64,000 bases of DNA, from the NCBI GenBank assembly GCA_964016885.1, contig OZ024740.1:96658001-96722000 (forward strand), in the 5' to 3' direction. Shown here in pieces: positions 1-13,519 of the stretch (position 1 is its first letter; the number at the start of each line of letters is the position of its first letter). The notes below the pieces were generated by a model that made no database searches, had not been told where the DNA came from, and was given only the letters and a program-made list of their open reading frames with translations. The position numbers and the translations under genes were made by a program. The stretch is from Eledone cirrhosa. Its lineage: Eukaryota.

Positions 1-3000
1 GCAAGCCCGAGATACAGCAAAATTAACAAGTGTCTTCTTAACCTATTCTCTAACATTTGACCATCCATATTTCTTCAATTTACAGTTAGAGAATACAAGA
101 TTTATTGCGAAGCGTGTAAATGAGTTTTAAGATTATTGATGCTGTACAATACAATGCCTGAGCCTATTACGTTCTAGTGTCTTACTACAACTCATGTTAC
201 ATGACGTACTACAAATCTGTTAATGATATTGATGTATGTATTCTATGTAAATGAAGTTGTTGATCTATATTCTAAGAAAAGATCAATCTACTATCCCCCT
301 TCATAATCTATTCACGCGTAATTTTACTTTTATGTATAAACCTATATACCCAAGATACGATCTTATCCAGACACTGCATTATTCCTGTTATGTGGAGAGC
401 TTCAACAGCTGTTCAGGCTTCATCCTACCTTCGTATATTTACATCTTTTCGAGTTTTTATTCAGCTAATAACATTTGAACACTTTGCAATTCTGGAGATA
501 CCCTGTCGATACCTTCTATAAAAATAACAATGTCGATGTTAGGAACAGGCCTTTCCTTCTTCATATAGTACTCCATAATTAGCTTTTAATATTAGCCAAT
601 TGAAAATCCATAAGGACAAAACAACTTTATGTCTGTGGCGTCAGGGCAGATGGTGGTGTTAATGGTAGTATTTTGATTGTATTAGTTTAAGATAGTAATA
701 TCAATTTCAATGATATACTGTTGTTGTGGCTTGTAATGATGTTATTCGTTGTTGTGAGGTGATGATGCTGCTAATGATGCAATATGCTGGAGCTGGTACT
801 TGTATTGGTGGGGGTGTTGGAGGTGATACAGAACAATGCGTACACTCACACATCCAAACAGAGAAACACTCGTGTGTACTCGTATTCTTATTAATACTCT
901 TATGTATTTACGACTAATGCTAATAGCGTTTCACCTAAGGTCTGCTTTACTTTACATTCAATTGGATTGAAAAATATCTTCTTTATCATATTTTTTTAAG
1001 GGACAGAAAACCTTGATGAATATGTAAAGTGGGTAAAACTATTCTCTATAAAGTTGGTGTTGACATAATCTTTCCTACTTTCAGGAATGGAACACAAAGT
1101 CGACCGCCACAGAAATTGAAACATATATTTGTTTCTTTACAGAATAGGCCAAACTAGGAGAGTAATAGATCATACAGTTTATTCAATTTATTTTCTAAGG
1201 ACCTTTGTGAACGATGTATATGTTAGACAGATACAAGATGTTATTATATTCTATACAAAGACAATTTTGATACGCCTTTGACAAATGTTTTGGTATTTTG
1301 CTTCGAAATCCTAATGTCCTGTTTTTCATTCCACTACATGTAATCTTCAACAAATGTCATATACACTAGCCTAGAAATGACCCAAGAGTTGTGCGTATTA
1401 AATGCTAAACGAAAAGTGCGTGGAGGCATCTGGAGCGACTGTATTTGTCATTCAATACGTCAACATTGTTGCACATTATGTAGCGCTTAATCTACCGGTG
1501 ATATACGCTAGGCTAATATATGCTTGTGGAACGCTCAATCACATTCAAATTGATTTTCCCAGCAGGTTGCTATGTTAAATGAACAAATAGAAGACATCTT
1601 AGAAACTGATGGAAATCTGTTCATGCTGGAATCCGTCTAGATTTCTTGTGTTCTCACTCCTTTCACTGCAGATTTCCTCCACAAAGTCGGAAAGGTAATA
1701 GCCTCCACTAATGAATGAGCCCTATAAAGCGGGTTGGATCTTACAGCGGGTTTAACAGGCTATTCCCTGTGGCAATGCCTCCACGCCTTCGTTTGCTAGA
1801 CAGCCGAATCATCGCTCGGACTGGGGTGTAGCGTCTACCCCTACCCCTCGCCTGTTCTTTTGTTGCTTCTTCTCTTCGTTTTTCCCGTTTTCCTTTCTTT
1901 TAGGGATTCCATTGATGGTTTGTTTAATCTCTGATTTATTCTCATTATTCGTTGAGGATGAACATATTCCCTTCAATAAAATACTCAGAAATAGCTTGGT
2001 ACTCTCAGTGACTCTGGGCATAAAATGCCTTACAGTGTTTATACAGTGGTTATGACTTAATTAATCAAAGGCCTTCGAAGATGTTTCTTATTTTACATTT
2101 CGTCGTTACAAATGTCAGTATTAATCAATATGTAAATGCCAATATAATCAATTGTACACTAACCAATGTATATTGCTTCATTCCAGTATTATAAGATATT
2201 ACTGTAGACATGTGGCAGCCGCAATAAAATTGTGTTCGAGGCTCACCGAATTTTGATAATTTATTTTAATTCAAACGTAATATTTGTCTCTATGCATTTC
2301 ATTTTATTTCATTCTATTTCTATTCAGAAGATTCGAATGCAATTTCATGAATCTATTACTTATATTATGCAAACTTCAATATATTTTTTCAATTCAATAT
2401 AAATAATTCATTAATTGAAATAATATGATTAAAATAATTCTATTTGAAAAAGACGCTGGGATAAAAGGAAAGGCTCAGTCTAATAAACCAAACCACTTGC
2501 ACATTCCAGCATGCCACACCTACTTATACATCCCATTAATATAATCAGCTGTATAAGTGTATAATCGTGGATTGCTTTATTAACGGGTAATCTGAATTCA
2601 ACAGCTAGTGTTAGTAATCGATTCATGTGCGATGGGTTCTATTAAATTATCAATATGCAATGAAAGTGTTCAGTGGTATGTGTATTTGATATGGAGGTTG
2701 CCTCCACGTATGTTTACTAAAGTAAGGAACAGAGAATGGGGATGCTTCAGAGTGGTACATCTTATAACGAGTTAAAGAGAAATGTCAATCAAAGTAAACC
2801 CTACCATTTTAAATTTATAATATTTTCATATATTCACCATTGGTTGAGGAAATATGACAGAACAGAAGCGAACGGAATTGCTCCCACGAAATGTCTGACG
2901 CGGATAAATAATCAAATATTCGGTATATAAGTGATAAATATACACGAATAGTACTATCCAGCCGTTCTTTTACAATCCTGTACTGTATGAAGCTACAGAA

Positions 3001-6000
3001 GCTATGTTGGTTTTAGATCTGCCTGCCCATATGTACCAAAGGCAGGTTGGCTAGGTTACTCTCATTGTCGTCTTAGACTGGCAATTTCGTTTTCCACACA
3101 GAGGGTATGACTGACAAATGTTGGTTCTGATGTATCGATCACGTTGTTGAACAAGAATGTTCATTGCAAAGTATTCTATCTACCAATAATTATCCTCCTA
3201 ATTCGTCGTTAATGCCACCCACTAAATTATATAATAAAGAATACCCCAAAATATTTCGATTCACCTCACTCATGTTGTTAGTATTGACAAACTGTATCAT
3301 CTTGAGTCGAAAAATATATTGAAATCAAGTCCAAGAAAGATGTGTTCGAACATCCTCTAAGTTGATGTTTAACACAAGGTTAGCTTCACTAATAAATAAT
3401 ATATTTACTTCACAATATCTCAATATATTATGTGTTTATATCAAGCGGTATGACCGTTCTATTTAGCCGGTTGTTAATGATTTTTTCTTAAAGACGTGTT
3501 TACAGCAGGAATGATAAACAAGAGTGATTATTTTTTGACGATTATCTGATTCCTCAATAATTATACCCTACAGCAACATAATATATCTATTTTAAGATTT
3601 TACCAAGAATTCTCCACTGTATTCGAAACGTGCTTCTTGTACCAACCATTGCTCGAAGATATTTTCTTATAATTATTTCAGTTTTTTTCCTGAAATATCT
3701 ATTTTTGTTTTTTTGATTTAATTTCCTTTAGTTTTATTCCTTACATTATTTTTTTTTTTCATTAGAATCTATAAAATATATATTAATTCCTTTCGATTGA
3801 GACATGATCCTACGACTAAAATGTTGCCTTGGATCATTGAGAAAATTGTATTTATTTAAAGTGTTTGTTACCTAATTATACAAATAATTTCTAACGTAAA
3901 TATTTTGAGTACGATCAAAACAATTTTGTAGATCTAATTAATTGGCTAATAGATTATTTTGTCAAGCACAGAAGCCTGAAAAGTGGAATTAAACATGAAA
4001 ACATTTGTTTATGGCACATAAGATTAAAATATATAACTGGAGACAGGTGATTATGGTTACACATTATGCCATATAACGATACTAATACAATGTTATATTA
4101 AATGAAAAATAATAATCCAGATTTAAAAACAAAATATAAAACCAAATACTCTGTATGCAAACAGGGCATACCAAGATTATGTCACTCGTTCAATAACGTT
4201 ATCGGCAGAACCAGCAAGAACTAAAGTTTCGGACCCAACTTCGTTTGGGTGTATCATAAAAGGAAAAGAGGAAATTTCCTAATTATAATGATATGGAAAT
4301 ACGTACGATCAAAATGCAAGAATAGAAAACTGAAATATTAACTATAATAACTATTGTTACCCGGGAATGATAAACACATGTGCATATAAATACATAAACA
4401 AAATCTCAGAACGTACAGTACATAAGGCATAAGAAAAACAATACTCCTGAATACAGCACACAGTTTAGAGTCCCATATCTGAATCCAAAAGCGTCTAAAT
4501 GTGTAATTATTCCAAGATGTATGCTTCCCTCAAATTGTTCATTCTGAAATCATAGGAATGATGAATCTTCTCTAAAGTTGTTTTCTTTTTTGAACATTTC
4601 TAAAATTAAACGAATATATTCATGCTTTCTGCTCTTTTTACTATTCTTTTTTCGAAGTTCTTCGTGATATAATGTTCGCCATTCATTGCTCATGTTATTT
4701 TCTCACACTTGTCTCTCGATATAAAACATTCACTTTCCATCATCATATATATTTATTTTCTCTATTATAAACAGGTATCCTGCACGTTATTACTCAGTCA
4801 TGTAGGCTCTTCTTTTGAGTTTGTTCTCTCTAAATTTTTTTCTTTTTTCCCTGTCTTTCGTTTTCTGTTATCTGTTGCCTCTATTGTTTAGATTACTTTT
4901 TTCTTTTATTATTTCAACTCTTCCATTTCGATCCATAGTGAATTTTATTGAAATGTGAAGTGAAAATAGAATTTGCAGACGTATAGATTGACTCTAACAA
5001 AAATGAAGCTGAATGTGTTTTGCTTGGCAAAAAAAAATATTTAATTGTTAAGGAATGAGTGTTGTAATAGAAAAGGAAATTGCGAAGGAACGAAAGTATT
5101 CAATACCAATTGTAATATATATAGTGAACAGAGGAATGGCGGTGACTTTGTGAAAAATCATGTAGTGTCACGAAAATATGTTTCATCACTTTATAATTAT
5201 GCCAAAATAAAGAAACACAGCAACCTTATTACTAATAACTCTATTATTCAATTGAATTTATACCTGTAATAATTTAAAATGTCTACAATGAGTGAGGCTA
5301 TTAGATTCGATTATGATTAAATAATAATGTGCGCAATTATACAAAAATATATATATATTACATGTATGTAAAGTTTTACTACAAAAAGGTAAACATAACT
5401 TGCAGTTTTTACCCGCACGTTTACCCTTTTGACAGGGCAAATATTTTCACTTATTGAAGAGGAAAGGAAAATACATTTCTTTTAATTTTTTATTCACTTT
5501 GAAAGACAACCTTACAAACAACTATTATAGATATTAATGATTATGATTAAGACTACCTGTAGCTATATAGAAGCAGGTTAAATATGTATAACTCTCAATA
5601 TAAACGATGGAAGTGTTGGGAAATATGACATTGTTGATTGCAATCGACTGTTGTTGAAATATCTCCTTCGTGTAAGTTTCCTGCATTTTCTAAATATATA
5701 TTCATAAGAATAGGTATCAGTAGCTAAATCAACGGTAATGACGGTAGCAACAACACTGTATCAGCAAACACAGAGTCAACACCTACAAAAGTGTCAGAAC
5801 CACTTGCATGCCCTCCGTTAGTAAGAAAGCAACAGAAGAAATAAATCACACTCAAACATCATAGGGAGTCTTCTCAATCAACTCTCCTTCCTATTTCAAA
5901 TTCTGAGACAGACATGGACACTCAGCCACATACACTTCTACCCGCATCAGAGAGGGATTTCAAGGATGCGTCAAACTCATCATCTTACAATGGTGAGCAT

Positions 6001-6060
6001 TAAAGTTAACAAAACCAAAATTTCAAGCACTAACTAATGTGAATTGATGGTAATCAACTA

Positions 6061-6590
6061 GATAGTCTTTTCGGGAGGACCTTTGGTCCAGACACCAATT
6101 ATAACTTCCAGAATTCAGAGATTTGGAAGTGCTACCAGGGAGCATTGCCTATTCGAGATAAACTTTACAGCCGGGCCTGTCCGATTTTTGCGCAGTGCAT
6201 CAGTACCAATCTGCATGCTCTCATCGATTGGCCGAGTATTACTGACTTGTCGATTTATGTCGAACAGCTGCTTTCACGTGTATGACAGGTTCACATAACA
6301 TGAGACCATCGTATCGTGAAGATCGCTCTGCCACCTTCATTTAGCCAGAAAAGACAAACAGCTTCTATCTGCCTTGTGGACATGATGTAAGATGTTTTGA
6401 GACGGACGTGTTTGAAATTGATGAAGAAAAGCTTTTTTCCTCTTCCCGGAACAGCTGATTAACCATTTCATGTTTCACTTGAAGTAGAAAATCAGGATTG
6501 AGAATGAAATGCTACGTACAAGCATGATTGTTGGAAGGTGTGTTAGAGTGTCGATCATTATCTGGGTGAGTGTACCTGCTCTGGGCACGC
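6061..6590 (+). pseudogene. Old diverged 3' fragment of Tx1-clade ORF2
   Basis: Translates DSLFGRTFGPDTNYNFQNSEIWKCYQGALPIRDKLY, matching ASLFGRTFSPGPMDNFQKSLAWQCYRGALPVRERLY of the copies at 11.9 and 16.4 kb; frameshifted downstream. Confidence 0.8.
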
Positions 6591-6821
6591 ATTGGAGAAA
6601 GCTTACTTGGTGGAATCACTTAAATCAGCAGTCAGAAGTTGCCTTCACGCACCTATATGGAAAATTTGATATTTTCTGAATTATTAAACGTTTCTTTGTT
6701 TTTGTTATATTTTGTAATGCAAGGTTCGACACTATATCGTCTCTTGCCGCTCTTAATGTTTTCTTGGTGTGAGCTGTGTGGATGAGAAATAAATCATTAT
6801 TATTATTGGCATTATTATGAA

Positions 6822-7010
6822 TTAGCAGTATCGGTAGAGGGTAGGACGTCATGCTTTGATGCTTAGAGTTACGGCCCTTTCCATACTGAGTTAAAATCAC
6901 GCCGAGGTCAACTTTGCTTTTCATCCTTACGGGGTCAATAAAATAAAGTACCATTAATGTACTGGGTAATTGATGGCCTTGGGCCACAAGTAGAAACAAT
7001 TATTATTATT
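6822..7010 (+). mobile_element. tRNA-derived SINE
   Basis: Degenerate A/B boxes, core TTTCATCCTTACGGGGTCAATAAAATAAAGTACC, tail AGTAGAAAC(AAT/TAT)n; same family as 8868 and 25787. Confidence 0.85.
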
Positions 7011-7029
7011 TGAAACCACCTTTGAATTC

Positions 7030-8850
7030 TTCTTCTTTTCCAAATCAGGCAGAGCGTCAACGTGGCACCGGAGGCAAAAAGTGACATACAAATGATTCCA
7101 CAGGAGCACAGTCAATATAATGCGCTTCTCAGGATATGGACAGTATCAGCACTTTCAGATGGTTTTCAAGATATACTGTCAAAATATTTTTCAGTACCAT
7201 ATTTTATCATTCCAAGGGCGGCAACTATCCCTGGTTTTGAACAGGCCTTAATATACTTTAATTTTCTCCATTTCAATAAATCGATCTGTATACTTGCTGA
7301 GCTTTCCCGACACTTTCGAGTAGATTTTGCGATTTGAAGGAATACTTATGTCAATTAAGAAACATTTTCTCTTTATGGTCCTTCACCATTATATCAGGTA
7401 TGTTGGCTTGACTGTTCTGTCAGTTTTCACAGGGAATTCCAAGAGGATTATTATGTTCTCCCCTCCTGTGATTCCATTTGGGTGATGTTGTATAATTTTC
7501 CCACCGTTTTCAGACCATAAAACATTACACAATGTAAGTATTACCACACTTTATCAGGCCTAGTTTTATAATCCTGACCAGAAAATACCTCACAGCCTGA
7601 AGCCAGGTGGTCAATGGTTCAACATGATCATCGACACTTCTGTTCAATTCCATTTCTGATCACATTTGCCTGAAAGTTGTGCGTTGGGTGACACTGGTCT
7701 TGTCTAGCCCAGACTTCCTCAGCCATTGATGAGTGAGTGCTTGATCTACATCCGGTCTTTGCTACGGAAACATACTCTCCATGCAGTGTTATTTGCTCCT
7801 ATTTAGTGCACAGTCTCGGTTGACTTTCATGATTTGCAAACACTTTGATATACTTTGAGGCTTCAATTGCAAAATCTGCATAATCTTCAAACTGTATACC
7901 CAGTCCTTCCGCAAACTTCCTACTCTACTTTCATGAACTGTAAATATTTTCTTCATTCAGACATGGGTGGTTTTAAAATACTGATTGAGTCCAATTGTCG
8001 ATAATCTGTATGTAATTTCTAGTTGGATCATTTCACTACCTTCATTTTGTCTAGGAAGACAGACGCAATCCTTATCCGCTTTCGGATGATAAATTCTGTT
8101 ACAGGTGAAACCTTTCCTGATTTCGGTGTCCATTGTCAACATCTTGTGCAACTCTGAATATATTCAGGCATTCTAAAATTCATGAGCTTTGCATTAAATC
8201 TTATTCCTCCCGGCAGTCAATCCTTGATATTGCCAGATTAGTCTTCCTTCTTTTGGAGTCTATTGCATTGTCTGATCAATTAACAACTGATCTTTAGTAC
8301 CTTGGATCATGTGTCATAAGCAGCTTCATTTACTCTTCCTTCTTTTGACATATTTCCTCTTCCCCGTTTTCAGCTTCCTTTACACATTTCGCTATAAATG
8401 TGAAAACCACTTCTAGTGATAAACTCAAGTTCTACAGCTCAAGTTTTGTCGTGAATTGTTTGTTCAGTAGTTTCAAACCAATCATTTTCCTTTCATTGTC
8501 GATGCAATTTTTGTTTGTATCCACGGATTCGTCTCTATTAAATATTAAAAAGGTCACTCTTATCGTAGCACTCCATGACTACAACATTCTCTTGATTGCT
8601 CCAGTTCAGACATACTTGCGGATTAGCAATTGATGGTTGGTGACCGGGTATACCGTGCTGCACAGCAGGACGTCAGCAGGGCGTCACACCTTCACAATTG
8701 ATGGTTCTTCTCACGATTAAGACTTCCGCCAACCGGTATTTCTTCTCGGCATGCCTATGCTAACTTGAGCTCCATCCAAGTATAAAGTACTCTTGTAAGG
8801 TTCGATATTGGAGTTTCATATTCAAATCTAGAGAGCCCATTCCGCCCATT
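7030..8850 (-). mobile_element. Degraded non-LTR retrotransposon with C-terminal restriction-like endonuclease (R4/NeSL-type), internally deleted
   Basis: Minus-strand remnants: LPRQNEG (cf. LPRKEGG), DQ..TIDHLASGC zinc-knuckle region, PDI..IDI..KYTDL RLE-like motifs; many stops; left and right limits approximate. Confidence 0.6.
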
Positions 8851-8867
8851 ATTATTATCACATTTAG

Positions 8868-9062
8868 GGGCGGTGAATTGGCAGTATCAGTAGAGGGTCG
8901 GACACTATGCTTTCCAGCATAGAGTTACGCCCCTTTATGGTCTGAGTTCAAATCTCGCCAAGGTTAACTTTGCCTTTCATCCTTACGGGGTCGATAAAAT
9001 AAAGTACCAGTAATGCACTGGGATAATTGCTGGCCTTGTGCCAATAGTAGAAACAATTATTA
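8868..9062 (+). mobile_element. tRNA-derived SINE, full length
   Basis: A box TGGCAGTATCAG, B box GAGTTCAAATC, core GCCTTTCATCCTTACGGGGTCGATAAAAT, (ATT)n tail; ATTATCA-CATTTA / ATTATCA-TATTTA flanks resemble a TSD. Confidence 0.9.
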
Positions 9063-10737
9063 TCATATTTATGACGAAGATCGCTAAACGGAACTGTCCA
9101 ACAGCCAACCTTACCTCAAAATCCACCGAGAGTACCATCCCTTACCCACACTTCTCAGGGACTTTTGAAACTATTTATACTTTATCGTAGCATCAACTAT
9201 ATAACCTACAAGTAACACAAACGAGTTGCTACCTTTGATTATATTTCAACTCACTAACTATGATGATATATATGTCAAATTTAGGATAGGTGCCTAAGCC
9301 TTGGTAGTATTAAAAAGGTAGGTGTTACATGAAACGAATTAAACTTATGAACAACCACATTGCAACCGCATTGATTTGGTGGTAATGTCACAAAAGTATT
9401 CACGTCATTCGTATCAGCTCTGCCAAGTCAATGATAGACGACAATTGTTAACTTGACTCTGCGAACCACATTCATATATATGAATATAACTCTCATTATC
9501 CGCATTGAATAAACTGAGTGTTCTGACTTCCGTGTTTGAGTCTGCGTGCACACCTGCATATAACCATAACCTTTATAATTATAGGTATGCATACATCAAC
9601 AGAAACATAAGTACTTATGTTTATATGTCTAAATGTGTATTTTTGTCAGCCAGGATGTAAAATAAATGCTTTCTGATTTTGTTACAAAGGTAGCAATTGA
9701 TTAGTATTATATTTCATCGGCCTGGAAAGAAGGAATGGTGACATTGATTTGCCAGGATTTGATTTCAGAATGTAAAACTTGAGAAAAAATACAAGAGTTG
9801 GCTCCTTCTTATCATCTACAAATTTTGCAAATCCTATATATATTACCTTCTCTCCTCAGTTATTAAATCATGAAGTTTGACAAAATTATTTTTTTTAGAG
9901 TTTTTTGATAAGTTAAAGGTTTCTATGTTTATTTTTTCCTTTTTTTTTTCAAGTATTTCCTTCTATTTGGTTTTCACTGATTATCTGTAGTTCTCTGCCT
10001 GCTTCAACTTTCGTAGTCCGTTTTGATCGTTATCAGACGTTTTAAACTATTTACAGTATATGCACCTATTTCCACTCACTTTCAATTCAACATCACCATT
10101 CTCGTTATAATAACTTAAAACCGTTATCATTATCATCGTTAAGCTCGGTATTAACATCTTTATATTCTCTTTAATGACTGTAATCGCATTATCACAAATG
10201 CAATCTATATGTTAATTTCAACAATGTCAGTATTCCGTGTGTCATAATTCTCGATTATCATTGGTTCATAGGTTTCAAACGACTCCGCCCACCTCAACGA
10301 CGCCAACCTTAAATTAATGTGCAAAATGCCAATGAGGGCGTGAGAGGGGAGAGTAATAAACAGAGAGGCAAAGTGAACGCTGTAACTATTACCATGTGTA
10401 TTTGTGTATGTAGGTGCGCGTATGTTTATGTGTGTTTGTGCGTGCAGCGTTCCACAGAAAGTAAAAACTATCAACATGTGTGAGTGTGTGCGTGTTTGTA
10501 AGTGCACGGGTGCGTGTGTAAGTTTGCGTGCGATTTTACGTTTCCATGCGTGTATGTGTGTGTACGTGGAGCATTAAACAATCGCCACAGGGTTTATCTG
10601 TCTGTGTGCCTGTCGGTCAGTCTAACATACACAGATTCGTGAAGGGAGTAAATAGGGACCCTATTTTTACATTGACGAACATCTTTTATATTTATTATTG
10701 TGTCATTTTTTGACAATTGCTCTAAATGAATGCTAAT

Positions 10738-10842
10738 AATTGTTTCTATTTGTAGGCACAAGGCCAGCAATTACCCAGTACATTACTGGCACTTTATTTT
10801 ATCGACCCCGAAAGGATGAAAGGCAAAGTTAATCTCGGCGAG
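10738..10842 (-). mobile_element. SINE, 3' half
   Basis: Reverse complement of the same SINE core and tail. Confidence 0.85.
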
Positions 10843-10876
10843 ATGAAAGCAATTCGACTTTATCAAACAGTGAGAG

Positions 10877-11023
10877 CGGCGACGGCGTGCAGCCAGGAAT
10901 GAAGAAAAACGGTCCGAACAGCGCCATCGGAACGCCGAAATTCAGAGGCGAAGACGTGCCGCCATGAATGAAGAGAAGCTGGCTGAACAACGCCAATGAA
11001 ACACTGGAGCCAAGCAGCGACGG
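10877..11023 (+). pseudogene. STPR-like 23-aa repeat fragment, probably Helitron-derived
   Basis: RRRRAARNEEKRSEQRHRNAEIQ / RRRRAAMNEEKLAEQRQ*NTGAK with exact 23-aa period; lies beside a Helitron. Confidence 0.55.
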
Positions 11024-11084
11024 GGGTGCTGCGATGGTTGGAGACGAACTGGCTGAGCCTCATCTTTTATATTAATTAGCTGTA

Positions 11085-11439
11085 TCTATATCTACATATA
11101 ATATAAAAGATTGGAACTTCCATCATCCTTTTGAGAAACGTGGAACAACCATGTATATGCAATGATACACGTTTTACACTCAGGCAGAAGATGAACCATC
11201 TCCTATAGGTCACTATTCTTGGTGGCAGCACCTAGAATTGTTCATATACTATGCACAGACGGTACAACGAAGAATCTGGTATATATCTAGAAGAATTTTT
11301 GTTTACTATTTTCTCTATCACACAGACACCAAGGACTCGCATCATACTGTAACCAGACACATCCAATACAGTCATTTTCTCTTTTACCTGTCTTCTCTTA
11401 TCATCTGTTTACCCAGGCGAAGCTGGGTACGTCAGCTAG
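11085..11439 (+). mobile_element. Non-autonomous Helitron
   Basis: A|TC start; 3' hairpin ACCCAG-GCGAAG-CTGGGT followed by CTAG|T at 11436-11440. Confidence 0.7.
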
Positions 11440-11776
11440 TAATCAATAATTCTCACATATTCATTATCATCGTGACTATCATTATCCTCATTGTAATCAT
11501 CATTAGTATCATCATCATGATAATCATCATGAACAACATCCTCCTTATCGTGTGTTGTTTTCTTTGATAGCTTACATTATGTTCAGTTGTGTACACTACA
11601 TATTACCATTCGTTTGCTAAATTTCAAAATATTTTTATTGTCTCTTGCGCAACATATAACTTAATAGGGCTGAACATATTGTCATTCTAGATGCATTGAA
11701 TTGAACTGAAATGCTGTCATTGCATGAAATTTACCGCTTGGATGAACCATCATGTGTTAGTATCATAACACCTGTT

Positions 11777-11809
11777 TATCTATCTAACTATCTATCTATC
11801 TATCTATCT
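11777..11809 (+). repeat. (TATC)n microsatellite at 5' junction of Tx1 copy A
   Basis: Read directly. Confidence 0.95.
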
Positions 11810-12775
11810 GTGCCCAGGCGCTCACCGCCCTCTGGCAGGCGGATCCGGTTATCAGTGGAGACTCCACCGCAACATTCTATAGAGGGCTGGTGCGCAGCAG
11901 GTGCGACGACGCCCTCGGAGAAGCCCTAGACATGGAGGAGGACGAACTGGCCAGCCTGTTCGGTAGGACATTCAGCCCGGGACCTATGGACAACTTCCAG
12001 AAGTCCCTGGCCTGGCAGTGCTACCGAGGGGCTTTACCCGTTCGAGAAAGGCTCTACAGACACGGGCGCCCGGGTAGGGACCCCGCCAAAAAGATCTGTC
12101 CCAGATGCGTGTGCGACGAGGAAACCGTTGCACACGCATTAGTACACTGCTCGGGCGTAGCCGATCTGTGGGGCTATGTCGAACAACTGCTGTCAAGGGT
12201 GGGACCGATCCGGTTGACCACCGAGTCTATTGTAATGATCAAGCCGCCTCCCCCCTTCAAAGATGAAGCAGAGGTGGTGTTTCTGTGCGTAATAGCCATG
12301 GCGAAAGAGGTTGTATGGTGGACGCGTCTGAAAGGACTGAGGTCGGGCACCTTTCTCTCTGGCCAACAACTGGTCCATTTCTTCCGATATCATTTCGGAA
12401 GAAGGATCAGGATGGAGAGAGAGGTGCTGCACCCCAGCCGTTTCTATGAAAGATGGGTGAAAGTGGCGAGAATGGCCCGTGTGAATGGGCCTTCACTCTA
12501 CATCAGACTATAGGTGAGGAAGATGAAAGACCAAGGGAGCACCCCTTCTCTGTGCTCCTGAGGAGAAGGGTTGCACACTTTTTTCGGGGGTGTGTGCGAC
12601 CCCCCAAGGCGCCTCCTCTCTATTGAGGATTTTGTTAAAAATTTTATTTTTTGTTATATCTTATTTTATTTTTTTATTTTGTTATTGCCTCCTCCTTATT
12701 GAGGACGCCTTTTTGTGTAAACTCCCCCCTTTGTACTTGTCCCACTTTTGATGCCCTAGTGGCAAATAAAAGAAA
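11810..12775 (+). mobile_element. Tx1-clade retrotransposon copy A, 5'-truncated
   Basis: ORF 11890-12513 has C-terminal CPRC..H..C zinc motif; near-identical to 16252-17219; AATAAA at 12765 then (TATC)n. Confidence 0.92.
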
Positions 12776-13001
12776 TATATCTATCTATCTATCTATCTCT
12801 GGGATGGACACACGCGTATAACTTGCTGAGTAAGTTCTGTTTAAATTTCTATAGAAATTCTTGTCTGATAACTTTAATTTTTGTACCTGCCAGGTCAAAC
12901 TTTGATTTGGTCAGTCTCTCAAAATATTCTACGCCTTTAGGCGAAATAGTTAAACAAAAAAAACGTTTTTTTCTTGTTGAAAAGTCAATATTTTTTTTTA
13001 A

Positions 13002-13495
13002 ATGGCCGAAGCTTCTTCACCAAAATTCGAAGGAGGAAAGGGGAAGATAAACTTACAGCTTCCCCCTGCCACTGTCACAGTAGCAGAGGTCAAGGAGAAA
13101 GGTCAGCCAGAGGAAGAATTCTCTCCACCTGTTAACCGACAACTTGACGTTGCCATGGCAACAACCCAAAGAACCAGCAGCAACAGCAACAACAACAGCA
13201 ATGCGACGGACGAAAACAACACCAATAACAATAACAACAACAACAAGACCAATAACGGTGACAACAACAACAATGATAACAACAGCACCACCAACGACAA
13301 CAACACAAACAAAAAACATTTCTCCTTCGCCGAGACGACAAGGAAAACCCTCGACTATCTGACACAACTCCAAGCTCCCCAACCACACAACACACTGATG
13401 CCCCTACACTTCCACAAACCACCACCCCACCCAACAACCCATCCCCCACCCTAATGGAAATTGTGCAGCCCGATACCCGGGACGCAGAGAGGTAA
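13002..13495 (+). pseudogene. ORF1 remnant of copy B (Asn-rich N-terminus joined to C-terminus)
   Basis: ORF 13002-13454, then MEIVQPDTRDAER* in another frame that matches IEIEQPD..KR* of copy D; no zinc knuckle. Confidence 0.65.
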
Positions 13496-13519
13496 GTGCC
13501 TTTTCTCTTCACCACCAAC

